Assembly: GCA_051362555.1 (NCBI GenBank)
Contig: CM120647.1
Location: 18,762,651 to 18,826,650, forward strand
Length of the DNA stretch: 64,000 bases
Source: Lingula anatina
Taxonomy: Eukaryota; Animalia; Brachiopoda
Direction: 5' to 3'
Part shown: positions 26,889 through 39,621 of the stretch, one piece after another
Position numbering within the stretch: position 1 is the stretch's first letter
Layout: every line of letters starts with the position of its first letter
Translations under genes and position numbers: made by a program
The notes under the pieces: model-generated
Seen by the model: the letters and a program-made list of their open reading frames with translations, nothing else
Database searches by the model: none
Told to the model about the DNA's origin: nothing

Positions 26889-28570
26889 AAATGTTCTCTC
26901 TGATAATCACGACGAGAAGATAGCACATTGTGATGAAATGCAGAACATACGGAATTAGCTACAGCTCAATTTAAGTACAAGATCTGTGTCACCAATCTAT
27001 GGACTTTTAACTGAAGAGAAAGGAAATGTTATTGACGACGCAGACTTTATTCTAACGACCAGCAATATGTTCGTTTTAAATCGATCATTTAATGTAAACT
27101 TTCTAAAGTATACAGTATTTTTATGCAAAAGGTTAAATAAATAAATAAATAAATAAAAATGTTCTCTCTGATAATCACGGCGAGAAGATAGCACATTTTG
27201 ATGAAATGCAGAACATACGGAATTAGCTACAGCTCAATTTAAGTACAAGATCTGTGTCACCAATCTATGGACTTTTAACTAAAGAGAAAGGAAATGTTAT
27301 TGGCGACGCAGACTTTATTCTAACGACCAGCAATATGTTCGTTTTAAATCGATCATTTAATGTAAACTTTCTAAAGAATACAGTATTTTTATGCAAAAGG
27401 TAATTTGCTAGGACCCACGAGATCCCTGATTCGTTCTCGTGACATCCGGGTCCCGATTCATGGGCTCGGTCGTTGTCGTGATGGACTGACGTGCCTCATT
27501 CGGGACTCGAACTCGTGACTTTGCGTTGCCATGGTTGATGGCGCTTTTGTTAACTCATTTGCATCCAAGCACGCTACCGACTGCGCCGTGACAGACCCGC
27601 CCACCCTCCGTACTAACGAGTTTCATCTTATAGTAACCAAACGGAATTTTAAAAATTTAATTCTGGTAAAAAAAAGTACGGTACTATATTTGCTGGGTCT
27701 CGAACCAGGGTACCAGTGTCTGACTGTATGCGAGACAGCAACGTTACCACGGAGCCACGTCAGCTTGGTTGATACGTGATGATCGGATGGGAACTTTCAA
27801 CCTTGCCACGGAGAGGGCCAGGTTGGATGTACATGTGTGTATCTGCTATCCCAATCGATAATCCAGGTGCCGCATTTATCATGAATGGTAAAATTCATGA
27901 TGTACAGGATGCCATGCGTGTTTCAGAACCCGACACGGAGCTCGGAGTTTGTTTTATGCTAAGATTGATTTGGGTTTTACCCAAGATATCAAAAAGTACA
28001 ATGGGATCAAAGGCGGTTCACAACAGGCGTGTTTTAGTTTTTGCGAGATCTTATAAGAAGAGAGGAGAAAAAACATTCAAATGTTTAATAAGTGGTGCAA
28101 TTTCCATATAAGCAATTGCAACGATGGGAATTTTGAATAAAACATATTTTGCTAATAATTCCACCGACAAGATATCATTTTTCTGCTGAACACGGTTAAC
28201 AGGTGGTATGACGTGCTGTTATTCCGGAAAAGCTACTGATTCAATTCAAGCTCGTTGGCTTTCAGGGAAAGGCCTGCTCGGAACGTTCCTAGTTAGATGA
28301 CTTCAGATACTTTTTTATTTTCATTTTGTTTTGAACTGAGATAACGTTTGCTTTCACCTTTGACGATATACATTGCGATGAGGTCCACAGCTGTTCACAC
28401 CTGGGCGGTTTTAGTATTGAGTACTCTTTACTCTTTCAAATGTCGACCGCGGACTTGCCCCGGGTACTGTATGAACACATGAAAAGTCTTGAGTAGCAAG
28501 GGCGCAAGAAAGGAAAAGAGGGGCATGAAAAGACAAAATGTCTGCTTGTTAAAAGCAATAGAGGCTTTTG

Positions 28571-28605
<35 letters not shown>

Positions 28606-30287
28606 AAATGTTCTCTCTGATAATCACGGCGAGAAGATAGCACATTGTGATGAAATGCAGAACATACGGAATTAGCTACAGCTCAATTTAAGTACAAGAT
28701 CTGTGTCACCAATCTATGGACTTTTAACTGAAGAGAAAGGAAATGTTATTGACGACGCAGACTTTATTCCAACGACCAGCAATATGTTCGTTTTAAATCG
28801 ATCATTTAATGTAAACTTTCTAAAGTATACAGTATTTTTATGCAAAAGGTTAAATAAATAAATAAATAAATAAAAATGTTCTCTCTGATAATCACGGCGA
28901 GAAGATAGCACATTTTGATGAAATGCAGAACATACGGAATTAGCTACAGCTCAATTTAAGTACAAGATCTGTGTCACCAATCTATGGACTTTTAACTAAA
29001 GAGAAAGGAAATGTTATTGACGACGCAGACTTTATTCTAACGACCAGCAATATGTTCGTTTTAAATCGATCATTTAATGTAAACTTTCTAAAGAATACAG
29101 TATTTTTATGCAAAAGGTAATTTGCTAGGACCCACGAGATCCCTGATTCGTTCTCGTGACATCCGGGTCCCGATTCATGGGCTCGGTCGTTGTCGTTATG
29201 GACTGACGTGCCTCATTCGGGACTCGAACTCGTGACTTTGCGTTGCCATGGTTGATGGCGCTTTTGTTAACTCATTTGCATCCAAGCACGCTACCGACTG
29301 CGCCGTGACAGACCCGCCCACCCTCCGTACTAACGAGTTTCATCTTATAGTAACCAAACGGAATTTTAAAAATTTAATTCTGGTAAAAAAAAGTACGGTA
29401 CTATATTTGCTGGGTCTCGAACCAGGGTACCAGTGTCTGACTGTATGCGAGACAGCAACGTTACCACGGAGCCACGTCAGCTTGGTTGATACGTGATGAT
29501 CGGGTGGGAACTTTCAACCTTGCCACGGAGAGGGCCAGGTTGGATGTACATGTGTGTATCTGCTATCCCAATCGATAATCCAGGTGCCGCATTTATCATG
29601 AATGGTAAAATTCATGATGTACAGGATGCCATGCGTGTTTCAGAACCCGACACGGAGCTCGGAGTTTGTTTTATGCTAAGATTGATTTGGGTTTTACCCA
29701 AGATATCAAAAAGTACAATGGGATCAAAGGCGGTTCACAACAGGCGTGTTTTAGTTTTTGCGAGATCTTATAAGAAGAGAGGAGAAAAAACATTCAAATG
29801 TTTAATAAGTGGTGCAATTTCCATATAAGCAATTGCAACGATGGGAATTTTGAATAAAACATATTTTGCTAATAATTCCACCGACAAGATATCATTTTTC
29901 TGCTGAACACGGTTAACAGGTGGTATGACGTGCTGTTATTCCGGAAAAGCTACTGATTCAATTCAAGCTCGTTGGCTTTCAGGGAAAGGCCTGCTCGGAA
30001 CGTTCCTAGTTAGATGACTTCAGATACTTTTTTATTTTCATTTTGTTTTGAACTGAGATAACGTTTGCTTTCACCTTTGACGATATACATTGCGATGAGG
30101 TCCACAGCTGTTCACACCTGGGCGGTTTTAGTATTGAGTACTCTTTACTCTTTCAAATGTCTACCGCGGACTTGCCCCGGGTACTGTATGAACACATGAA
30201 AAGTCTTGAGTAGCAAGGGCGCAAGAAAGGAAAAGAGGGGCATGAAAAGACAAAATGTCTGCTTGTTAAAAGCAATAGAGGCTTTTG

Positions 30288-30318
<31 letters not shown>

Positions 30319-31998
30319 AAATGTTCTCTCTGATAATCACGGCGAGAAGATAGCACATTGTGATGAAATGCAGAACATACGGAATTAGCTACAGCTCAAT
30401 TTAAGTACAAGATCTGTGTCACCAATCTATGGACTTTTAACTGAAGAGAAAGGAAATGTTATTGACGACGCAGACTTTATTCTAACGACCAGCAATATGT
30501 TCGTTTTAAATCGATCATTTAATGTAAACTTTCTAAAGTATACAGTATTTTTATGCAAAAGGTTAAATAAATAAATAAATAAATAAAAATGTTCTCTCTG
30601 ATAATCACGGCAAGAAGATAGCACATTTTGATGAAATGCAGAACATACGGAATTAGCTACAGCTCAATTTAAGTACAAGATCTGTGTCACCAATCTATGG
30701 ACTTTTAACTAAAGAGAAAGGAAATGTTATTGACGACGCAGACTTTATTCTAACGACCAGCAATATGTTCGTTTTAAATCGATCATTTAATGTAAACTTT
30801 CTAAAGAATACAGTATTTTTATGCAAAAGGTAATTTGCTAGGACCCACGAGATCCCTGATTCGTTCTCGTGACATCCGGGTCCCGATTCATGGGCTCGGT
30901 CGTTGTCGTGATGGACTGACGTGCCTCATTCGGGACTCGAACTCGTGACTTTGCGTTGCCATGGTTGATGGCGCTTTTGTTAACTCATTTGCATCCAAGC
31001 ACGCTACCGACTGCGCCGTGACAGACCCGCCCACCCTCCGTACTAACGAGTTTCATCTTATAGTAACCAAACGGAATTTTAAAAATTTAATTCTGGTAAA
31101 AAAAAGTACGGTACTATATTTGCTGGGTCTCGAACCAGGGTACCAGTGTCTGACTCTATGCGAGACAGCAACGTTACCACGGAGCCACGTCAGCTTGGTT
31201 GATACGTGATGATCGGATGGGAACTTTCAACCTTGCCACGGAGAGGGCCAGGTTGGATGTACATGTGTGTATCTGCTATCCCAATCGATAATCCAGGTGC
31301 CGCATTTATCATGAATGGTAAAATTCATGATGTACAGGATGCCATGCGTGTTTCAGAACCCGACACGGAGCTCGGAGTTTGTTTTATGCTAAGATTGATT
31401 TGGGTTTTACCCAAGATATTAAAAAGTACAATGGGATCAAAGGCGGTTCACAACAGGCGTGTTTTAGTTTTTGCGAGATCTTAAGAAGAGAGGAGAAAAA
31501 ACATTCAAATGTTTAATAAGTGGTGCAATTTCCATATAAGCAATTGCAACGATGGGAATTTTGAATAAAACATATTTTGCTAATAATTCCACCGACAAGA
31601 TATCATTTTTCTGCTGAACACGGTTAACAGGTGGTATGACGTGCTGTTATTCCGGAAAAGCTACTGATTCAATTCAAGCTCGTTGGCTTTCAGGGAAAGG
31701 CCTGCTCGGAACGTTCCTAGTTAGATGACTTCAGATACTTTTTTATTTTCATTTTGTTTTGAACTGAGATAACGTTTGCTTTCACCTTTGACGATATACA
31801 TTGCGATGAGGTCCACAGCTGTTCACACCTGGGCGGTTTTAGTATTGAGTACTCTTTACTCTTTCAAATGTCGACCGCGGACTTGCCCCGGGTACTGTAT
31901 GAACACATGAAAAGTCTTGAGTAGCAAGGGCGCAAGAAAGGAAAAGAGGGGCATGAAAAGACAAAATGTCTGCTTGTTAAAAGCAATAGAGGCTTTTG

Positions 31999-32033
<35 letters not shown>

Positions 32034-33713
32034 AAATGTTCTCTCTGATAATCACGGCGAGAAGATAGCACATTGTGATGAAATGCAGAACATACGGAAT
32101 TAGCTACAGCTCAATTTAAGTACAAGATCTGTGTCACCAATCTATGGACTTTTAACTGAAGAGAAAGGAAATGTTATTGACGACGCAGACTTTATTCTAA
32201 CGACCAGCAATATGTTCGTTTTAAATCGATCATTTAATGTAAACTTTCTAAAGTATACAGTATTTTTATGCAAAAGGTAAAATAAATAAATAAATAAATA
32301 AAAATGTTCTCTCTGATAATCACGGCGAGAAGATAGCACATTTTGATGAAATGCAGAACATACGGAATTAGGTACAGCTCAATTTAAGTACAAGATCTGT
32401 GTCACCAATCTATGGACTTTTAACTGAAGAGAAAGGAAATGTTATTGACGACGCAGACTTTATTCTAACGACCAGCAATATGTTCGTTTTAAATCGATCA
32501 TTTAATGTAAACTTTCTAAAGAATACAGTATTTTTATGCAAAAGGTAATTTGCTAGGACCCACGAGATCCCTGATTCGTTCTCGTGACATCCGGGTCTTG
32601 ATTCATGGGCTCGGTCGTTGTCGTGATGGACTGACGTGCCTCATTCGGGACTCGAACTCGTGACTTTGCGTTGCCATGGTTGATGGCGCTTTGGTTAACT
32701 CATTTGCATCCAAGCACGCTACCGACTGCGCCGTGACAGACCCGCCCATCCTCCGTACTAACGAGTTTCCTCTTATAGTAACCAAACGGAATTTTAAAAA
32801 TTTAATTCTGGTAAAAAAAAGTACGGTACTATATTTGCTGGGTCTCGAACCAGGGTGCCAGTGTCTGACTGTATGCGAGACAGCAACGTTACCACGGAGC
32901 CACGTCAGCTTGGTTGATACGTGATGATCGGATGGGAACTTTCAACCTTGCCACGGAGAGGGCCAGGTTGGATGTACATGTGTGTATCTGCTATTCCAAT
33001 CGATAATCCAGGTGCCGCATTTATCATGAATGGTAAAATTCATGATGTACAGGATGCCATGCGTGTTTCAGAACCCGACACGGAGCTCGGAGTTTGTTTT
33101 ATGCTAAGATTGATTTGGGTTTTACCCAAGATATTAAAAAGTACAGTGGGATCAAAGGCGGTTCACAACAGGCGTGTTTTAGTTTTTGCGAGATCTTAAG
33201 AAGAGAGGAGAAAAAACATTCAAATGTTTAATAAGTGGTGCAATTTCCATATAAGCAATTGCAACTATGGGAATTTTGAATAAAACATATTTTGCTAATA
33301 ATTCCACCGACAAGATATCATTTTTCTGCTGAACACGGTTAACAGGTGATATGACGTGCTGTTATTCCGGAAAAGCTACTGATTCAATTCAAGCTCGTTG
33401 GCTTTCAGGGAAAGGCCTGCTCGGAACGTTCCTAGTTAGATGACTTCAGTTACTTTTTTATTTTCATTTTGTTTTGAACTGAGATAACGTTTGCTTTCAC
33501 CTTTGACGATATACAGTGCGATGAGGTCCACAGCTGTTCACACCTGGGTGGTTTTAGTATTGAGTACTCCTTACTCTTTCAAATGTCTACCGCGGACTTG
33601 CCCCGGGTACTGTATGAACACATGAAAAGTCTTGAGTAGCAAGGGCGCAAGAAAGGAAAGGAGGGGCATGAAAAGACAAAATGTCTGCTTGTTAAAAGCA
33701 ATAGAGGCTTTTG

Positions 33714-33748
<35 letters not shown>

Positions 33749-34495
33749 AAATGTTCTCTCTGATAATCACGGCGAGAAGATAGCACATTTTGATGAAATG
33801 CAGAACATACGGAATTAGCTACAGCTCAATTTAAGTACAAGATCTGTGTCACCAATCTATGGACTTTTAACTGAAGAGAAAGGAAATGTTATTGACGACG
33901 CAGACTTTATTCTAACGACCAGCAATATGTTCGTTTTAAATCGATCATTTAATGTAAACTTTCTAAAGTATACAGTATTTTAATGCAAAAGGTAATTTGC
34001 TAGGACCCACGAGATCCTGATTCGTTCTCGTGGCATCCGGGTCTCGATTCATGGGCTCGGTCGTTGTCGTGATGGACTGACGTGCTTCATTCGGGACTCG
34101 AACTCGTGACTTTGCGTTGACATGGTTGATGGCGCTTTGGTTAACTCATTTGCATCCAAGCACGCTACCGACTGCGCCGTGACAGACCCGCCCACCCTCC
34201 GTACTTACGAATTTCCTCTTATAGTATCCAAACGGAATTTTAAAAATTTAATTCTGGTAAAAAAAAAAAAGTACGGTACTATACTTGCTGGGTCTCGAAC
34301 CAGGGTACCAGTGTCTGACTGTATGCGAGACAGCAACGTTACCACGGAGCAACGTCAGCTACGTTGATACGTTATGATTGGATGGGAACTTTCAACCTTG
34401 CCACGGGGAGGGTCAGGTTGGATGTACATGTGTGTATCTGCTATCCTAATCGATAATCCAGGTGACGCATTTATCATGAACGGTAAAATTCATGA

Positions 34496-34741
34496 TATGC
34501 CTTGTTATTTGTTTCCTTATTTTCTTCTTTGTAAGTCGACCGATTATTTAGGGCCCCCATCAGCCGCGTTATGCCGACTAGGGTAGTGTGGAGCAGGCAT
34601 GTTCAGGGCACCTTTTCTAGACCCTTCCTCATGTCAGTGAGGTGAGCAGTGTTGTCCTGAAGAGGGCAGCTCAGTTGCTCATGGGGCTGCCGGACTCCAC
34701 CGCTGCTCCAGTCGGTGAAAAAAAAAAAAAAAAAACATATG
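34496..34741 (-). mobile_element. Second RTE fragment, right half (5' UTR), continuing 7205-7349
   Basis: tatgccttgttatttgtttccttattttc...ccagtcggtg(A)n catatg aligns to 6735-6973 and resumes at the position where 7349 stopped. Confidence 0.9.
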
Positions 34742-35598
34742 AATTCTCTTTTCCGAGATCATCTGTGTCCAGTGGCTTGACAAGGTCAAGACGGCAATAA
34801 TGATAATAATAACATGGTTTTATTTATTGTCTAAAATCCACATAAAATGTTCAGTAGATTTTACAAGAGTAAAATTAAGTCAATAAATGAATAGTTAAAT
34901 ATTTAGATAGTTAATTATGAGGTATATTGTAAAGTTTAAATATTAATGCCACTTTTAAATTCTTTTTTTAAAATTATAATTTTTTTAAAAATACATGTAT
35001 TATGTGTTTTATACTGTTGTTTCGAAGCTAGTATCAAAGTCATACGCCACGAAATACTATGGTTATCGGAAATTGCCTGTATGTTACTTTCAATAGAATA
35101 CAGTTGACTTAATCTTATTTCATTCAGTATTTGTGTTTTGAATTAGTGTGTAATTCAATCAGTGTGTTATTTTAAGGTATTCGGTGGGTTTTAGACCTTA
35201 ATCATATAACAAAGCGTAAATCTTGCTAGAATTTTTTTAACTTTCCCCATATTCATCAAAGTATACACTAGCAAAAACGTTCATACACTTGCGTTCCACA
35301 AACAGGATTTCTGGGTTTCTATTTTTAGCCTTTCTTGTAAAGGAGTTACCGGTAGAGCTGGGAAATTTCACCTTTGACGCAAAAATGAGAAACTTAGAGC
35401 CAGAAAATGGGTTTCAGAGCATAATTTGCCAACAGTAGTGGGCAGGATATGCGTACGGAGATAAAAAAGAAGAACTTTTTATTATGTGCAGAAATATTTT
35501 TCTTCATAAACATATGCTTTAAACTTGGGTCTTAATATATAAACTTTTGCCACGTTGCTTTTAAATTATCTTGTGTTACAGATTCGATTTCATCAACG

Positions 35599-36921
35599 AT
35601 GTGGTCACTGCAATTCTATACTGGTATCATGGCAGTTCTTCTATGGGCGTTGGACAGGTCGGTCACAGGTATGTATTTTGGGCTCTTCCTTTGCCTCTCA
35701 CGAATATTTATACGTTAACAAGTGCACTAGGTACACCTCTACATAATCTTTAGCTACGCGTGGTGAATATTTTCAAGCACATGGAAAAAGTGTTTTACAC
35801 AGTTATTTTATTTACGCATGTTTTTTTTTTAATTTCTGAAATATTCATGATTGAAATGGTTTTTTCCTGTCAGTACCGCATGAGAGTAGCGCATGCATGG
35901 GCGATGAACTCAAATACCCCATAAAACATCTTCTGAATGTCGCACAAGTCTACTATAGTGGGAAAAATAGTTAAAAACGTACATAAGATTGCCATATACC
36001 AGTATACTGCACAAAACCTATTGGATATAAGGCCAGCAAAGGAAAAAAAACCCCTCAAAATACGCGTGATCAAAGAATATTAGTAAAATAAATATACTCG
36101 TACATAAAATCATGTACAAACCAAGCTCGTTTAGGATTCAACATCTTACGGTTACAATGGACAAAGTTTCGGCATGGCATCAGCAAAGAAATTTAAATTG
36201 TAAAGGCAGTAAGAGGTTAATTTGTTTAACTGATTAAATCTTATTTCAATTCTTATTATCATTTTAATACGAGATGTTTTCTTATAACATCTCAATTATC
36301 ATTATTTTTATTGTTATCATTATTATTTCACTTTTTTATACGTTTCAAAAGCTCGGGTAAAATCTGATTTATGATGTATGTTTTACATGAACATATATTA
36401 GCTGAATACATTTTTATTGAAATTACAAATAATATCACTGTAAGATGATGTAATCAATTTCTGTTTGGTCTTAACTGTCCCATGTTAAGCTTCAACTAAT
36501 GACTTTTTTACGAGATTATCTGTACAAGATACGTTTACACTGAAATGACTTATATCTGTGATGTTTGTCTATCAATCCATCAGTCTGTTTGTCTACCTGT
36601 GGTAATTTTTTTCACCGTCCAAAGTGAAAATTTAATTTGTGATTATTTGTTGTATATCAAGAGTTATTAAAAATAGAAATATAAAACTTATAATCAGATT
36701 CATCAATTGCAATTCTGTGGTAATATAAAATCTTTTATTTTGCATAAAGGATCATTAATGTTGCTGTTCATGAATGTAACATTTCATCTCCAGTCGATGG
36801 CTGGGTGTGTCCATATTCATATGGAGAATGGGGTGATTGCTCTGTTACTTGTGGGACTGGTTCACAGACACGATCTTGTACTGGGCCTTGTTGCCCAGGT
36901 AAGGAAATCTCTCTCTTTCTT

Positions 36922-36966
<45 letters not shown>

Positions 36967-39570
36967 AGCAGGTCCCTTTGTTAAATTAGCATTAAATATC
37001 CAAGGAGAGAACGAGAAATGTGAGTTAATTGATAATTTTTGTTCCATAAGACAGGTCAGTGTATTAACATCCATTTGGACCAATTATTTTTAAAGATAAT
37101 TGGATGAAAGCAAAATAATAAAAAATACGTCCCATGTCATTCATTTTGAATGAAAAAATCATAGATGTTGCTGTTTATAAATGTATAATTTTATCTCCAG
37201 TCGATGGCGGCTGGTGTCCATACGGAGAGTGGGGTCAGTGCTCCGTTACTTGTGGGACTGGTTCACAGACACGATCTAGGGCGTGTGAGTGTCCCGAACC
37301 CGACTGCAATGGCGCCAATTGTGCAGGTTCGAGTACCGAGACTAGAACTTGTACTAAGTCTTGTTGCCCAGGTAAGGAAGTCTCTCGTGGTTCTGAAAGA
37401 CTTGTCAAAGAGTTACATTCATTTGGAAAAATTATCCTATGAGGAATTTAATGAAAATAAAATAATTAAAAAACGACCCATGTCTTTTACTTTGCATAAA
37501 CACATAAACATTGTTGTTCGCAAATGTATAATTTCATCTCCAGTCGATGGCGGCTGGTGTTCATATGGAGATTGGGGTGACTGCTCCGTTACTTGTGGGA
37601 CTGGTTCTCAGACACGATCTAGATCGTGCCAGTGTCCCGCAACGAAGTGCGGTGGCAGCGGTTGTGCAGGTTCTAGTACCGAGACAAGATCTTGTACTGG
37701 GCCTTGTTGCCCAGGTAAGGAAATCAACCTCTTTTTGTCTTTCTCACTGCCTTTCTCTCGCTCTGTCTCTGTCTGTCTCTCTCTCTCTGTAGCAGGTCCC
37801 TTTCCAAAACCAGCATGTGCATGATCAGATTATTTTTTAACAAACTTAACGTCACTGATTTTTTCACATAAATATTTGGCAACGTTTGCCCCATAAGAAC
37901 CAAACTGTATCTTTGTTTTACTTCATGGGTGGCTTTGAATGTAATCAAGACAGACCCTTTCAAAAATCAGCAGGATTAGATTACTTTTATGAAAGTTATT
38001 ATCCTAGATTAATTTTTTCACATCGTGCATGTCTTTGGCAACATTAAATATCCAAGGAGAGAACTAGAAATGTTAGTTACTTGTTAATTTTTGTTATAAA
38101 AGACAGGTCAAAGTTTAAACATCCATTTAGATGAATTATTTTTGAAGATAATTAAATGAAAACAAAGTAAATTAAAAAAGACGTCCCACGTCTTTCATTT
38201 TGAATGAAAAAAATCATAGATGTTGCTGTTTATAAATGTATACTTTTATCTCCAGTCGATGGCGGCTGGTGTTTATATGGAGATTGGGGTCAATGCTCCG
38301 TTACTTGTGGGACTGGTACACAGACACGATCTAGATCGTGCCAGTGTCCCGCAACGAAGTGCGGTGGCAGCGGTTGTGCAGGTTCTAATACCGAGACAAG
38401 ATCTTGTACTGAGCCTTGTTGCCCAGGTAAGGAAATCTCTCTCTCTCTCTCTCTTTAACAATGCAGAATGCTTCATTGCCTAGACCAAGATCAGATAACA
38501 CTGCAAGAGCGCATACCAATTATGTTATGAGTTACTGAATACTTGTGAAATTGTATGTAAAACAGAGTCGGTGAATAAACGTTTGAAAGCTTCAGTCCGT
38601 CGTCTTTTCTTGCAATAACAAGTATTTATACTCTACTTCTCTGTACTGACCACGCGACATGTTTTCTTTCCATTGTCTTTGCGTGATTACAAGGGATTTT
38701 CCATTCTCATGTTGCAAACCACCATTCTACATTTCCTCATTAAGCAATTTCTAAGACCCTTATTTTCAATTCAAAATATTTAAAATATTAATTGAATTAC
38801 TCATGCTTGGACCATATCTATCCTTAGTTTGCATGTGTTTTACACGTGGCCGAAACTTACAAATCTATTGAGAAATTAACCAATAAAATCGAACTATGTG
38901 TGACTTTTAAGATATTTAACTTACTTTCCATAACTCCCTATCCTTTTACTCGTTTGGTTCCTTTTTAATTATCATCTGCAATTAGTGAAAGTATAAGTCA
39001 TTTACTTTACAACAAGACAATAAGAAGTCGTTTTAAAATTAGATTTGATTGAAATTATTTTCACTTATATTCTTCATGAGTACATGCAACTGTCTGTCCT
39101 TAAAATATCTAAATGCCTCAAGTCTTTTTTCAGATACCTTGTCCTCATATCAGATTTATCGTCGCCGATGGAAACATAACCTTCTTCTTTGATGGCAATA
39201 ATAGCATTTTCATGCTTTTGTTTCAGTGGACGGTTATCTTAGTGATTGGTTGCCATGGTCTCCTTGTTCTGCTACCTGTGGACTGCCAGGAACGGTGATT
39301 CGGTGGCGGACCAAGGAGTGTATATACCCCGACCCAGATTGTCCTGGGGAGGACTGTGGCGAGCTTCCGGTGGAATATGAAAACTGCACCCAACAGCCTT
39401 GTTGTCTAATGATGAGCGAATCGGACAGTTCGCCTTCATTTCAACACGACAGTGGTAAATATTCTGAGTCATTCTACGTATCTTTGAAGCACACATTTGA
39501 GTACTTTCACACAAGTGTTTCATTATAAAATTACTGTTGATTTATTTCCATATTGGTGGATTCCATAGTA

Positions 39571-39621
<51 letters not shown>

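Larger units (their letters stand above)
7350..34495. repeat. 27.1-kb head-to-tail macrosatellite-like array of about 1.72-kb (inner) and 1.45-kb (edge) units; 15 units with an intact marker segment plus partial units
   Basis: The marker segment (GTGATGATCGG, read as ORF 'MMIGWELS') recurs at about 8565, 10011, 11731, 14510, 16229, 17948, 19667, 21382, 23081, 24804, 26051, 27776, 29493, 31206, 32921 and 34371 (partial). Units differ only by scattered SNPs and (AAAT)n length. The 1.72-kb form carries a duplicated roughly 270-bp subrepeat. Deletion variants occur at 7357, about 7904, about 13008 and about 25729. Confidence 0.98.

Noticed and set aside
7350-34495. CRISPR array, rDNA/5S, histone or snRNA/SL-RNA gene cluster
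   Set aside because: There is no short-repeat/unique-spacer structure, and I recognised no 5S, U-snRNA, SL or histone sequence in the unit. An Rfam scan would be the definitive test.
8320-34586. Recurrent 60-112 aa ORFs in the array (MVDGAL..., MMIGWE..., MLSSRRDY..., MCYLLAV...)
   Set aside because: No recognisable domains; frames shift with (AAAT)n and A-run length; recurrence simply reflects the DNA repeat.
4060-34748. Target-site duplication around the whole 30.7-kb insertion (tgagttc at 4060 vs tgaattc at 34740)
   Set aside because: Only 6/7 identity, overlapping RTE sequence, and the LINE 3' end is truncated; not distinguishable from chance.
37204-37824. Alternative-frame ORFs 'MAAGVH...' over the TSP1 exons
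   Set aside because: They are off-frame readings of the TSP1 exons running into introns; the Cys/Trp frame matches the splice phases.
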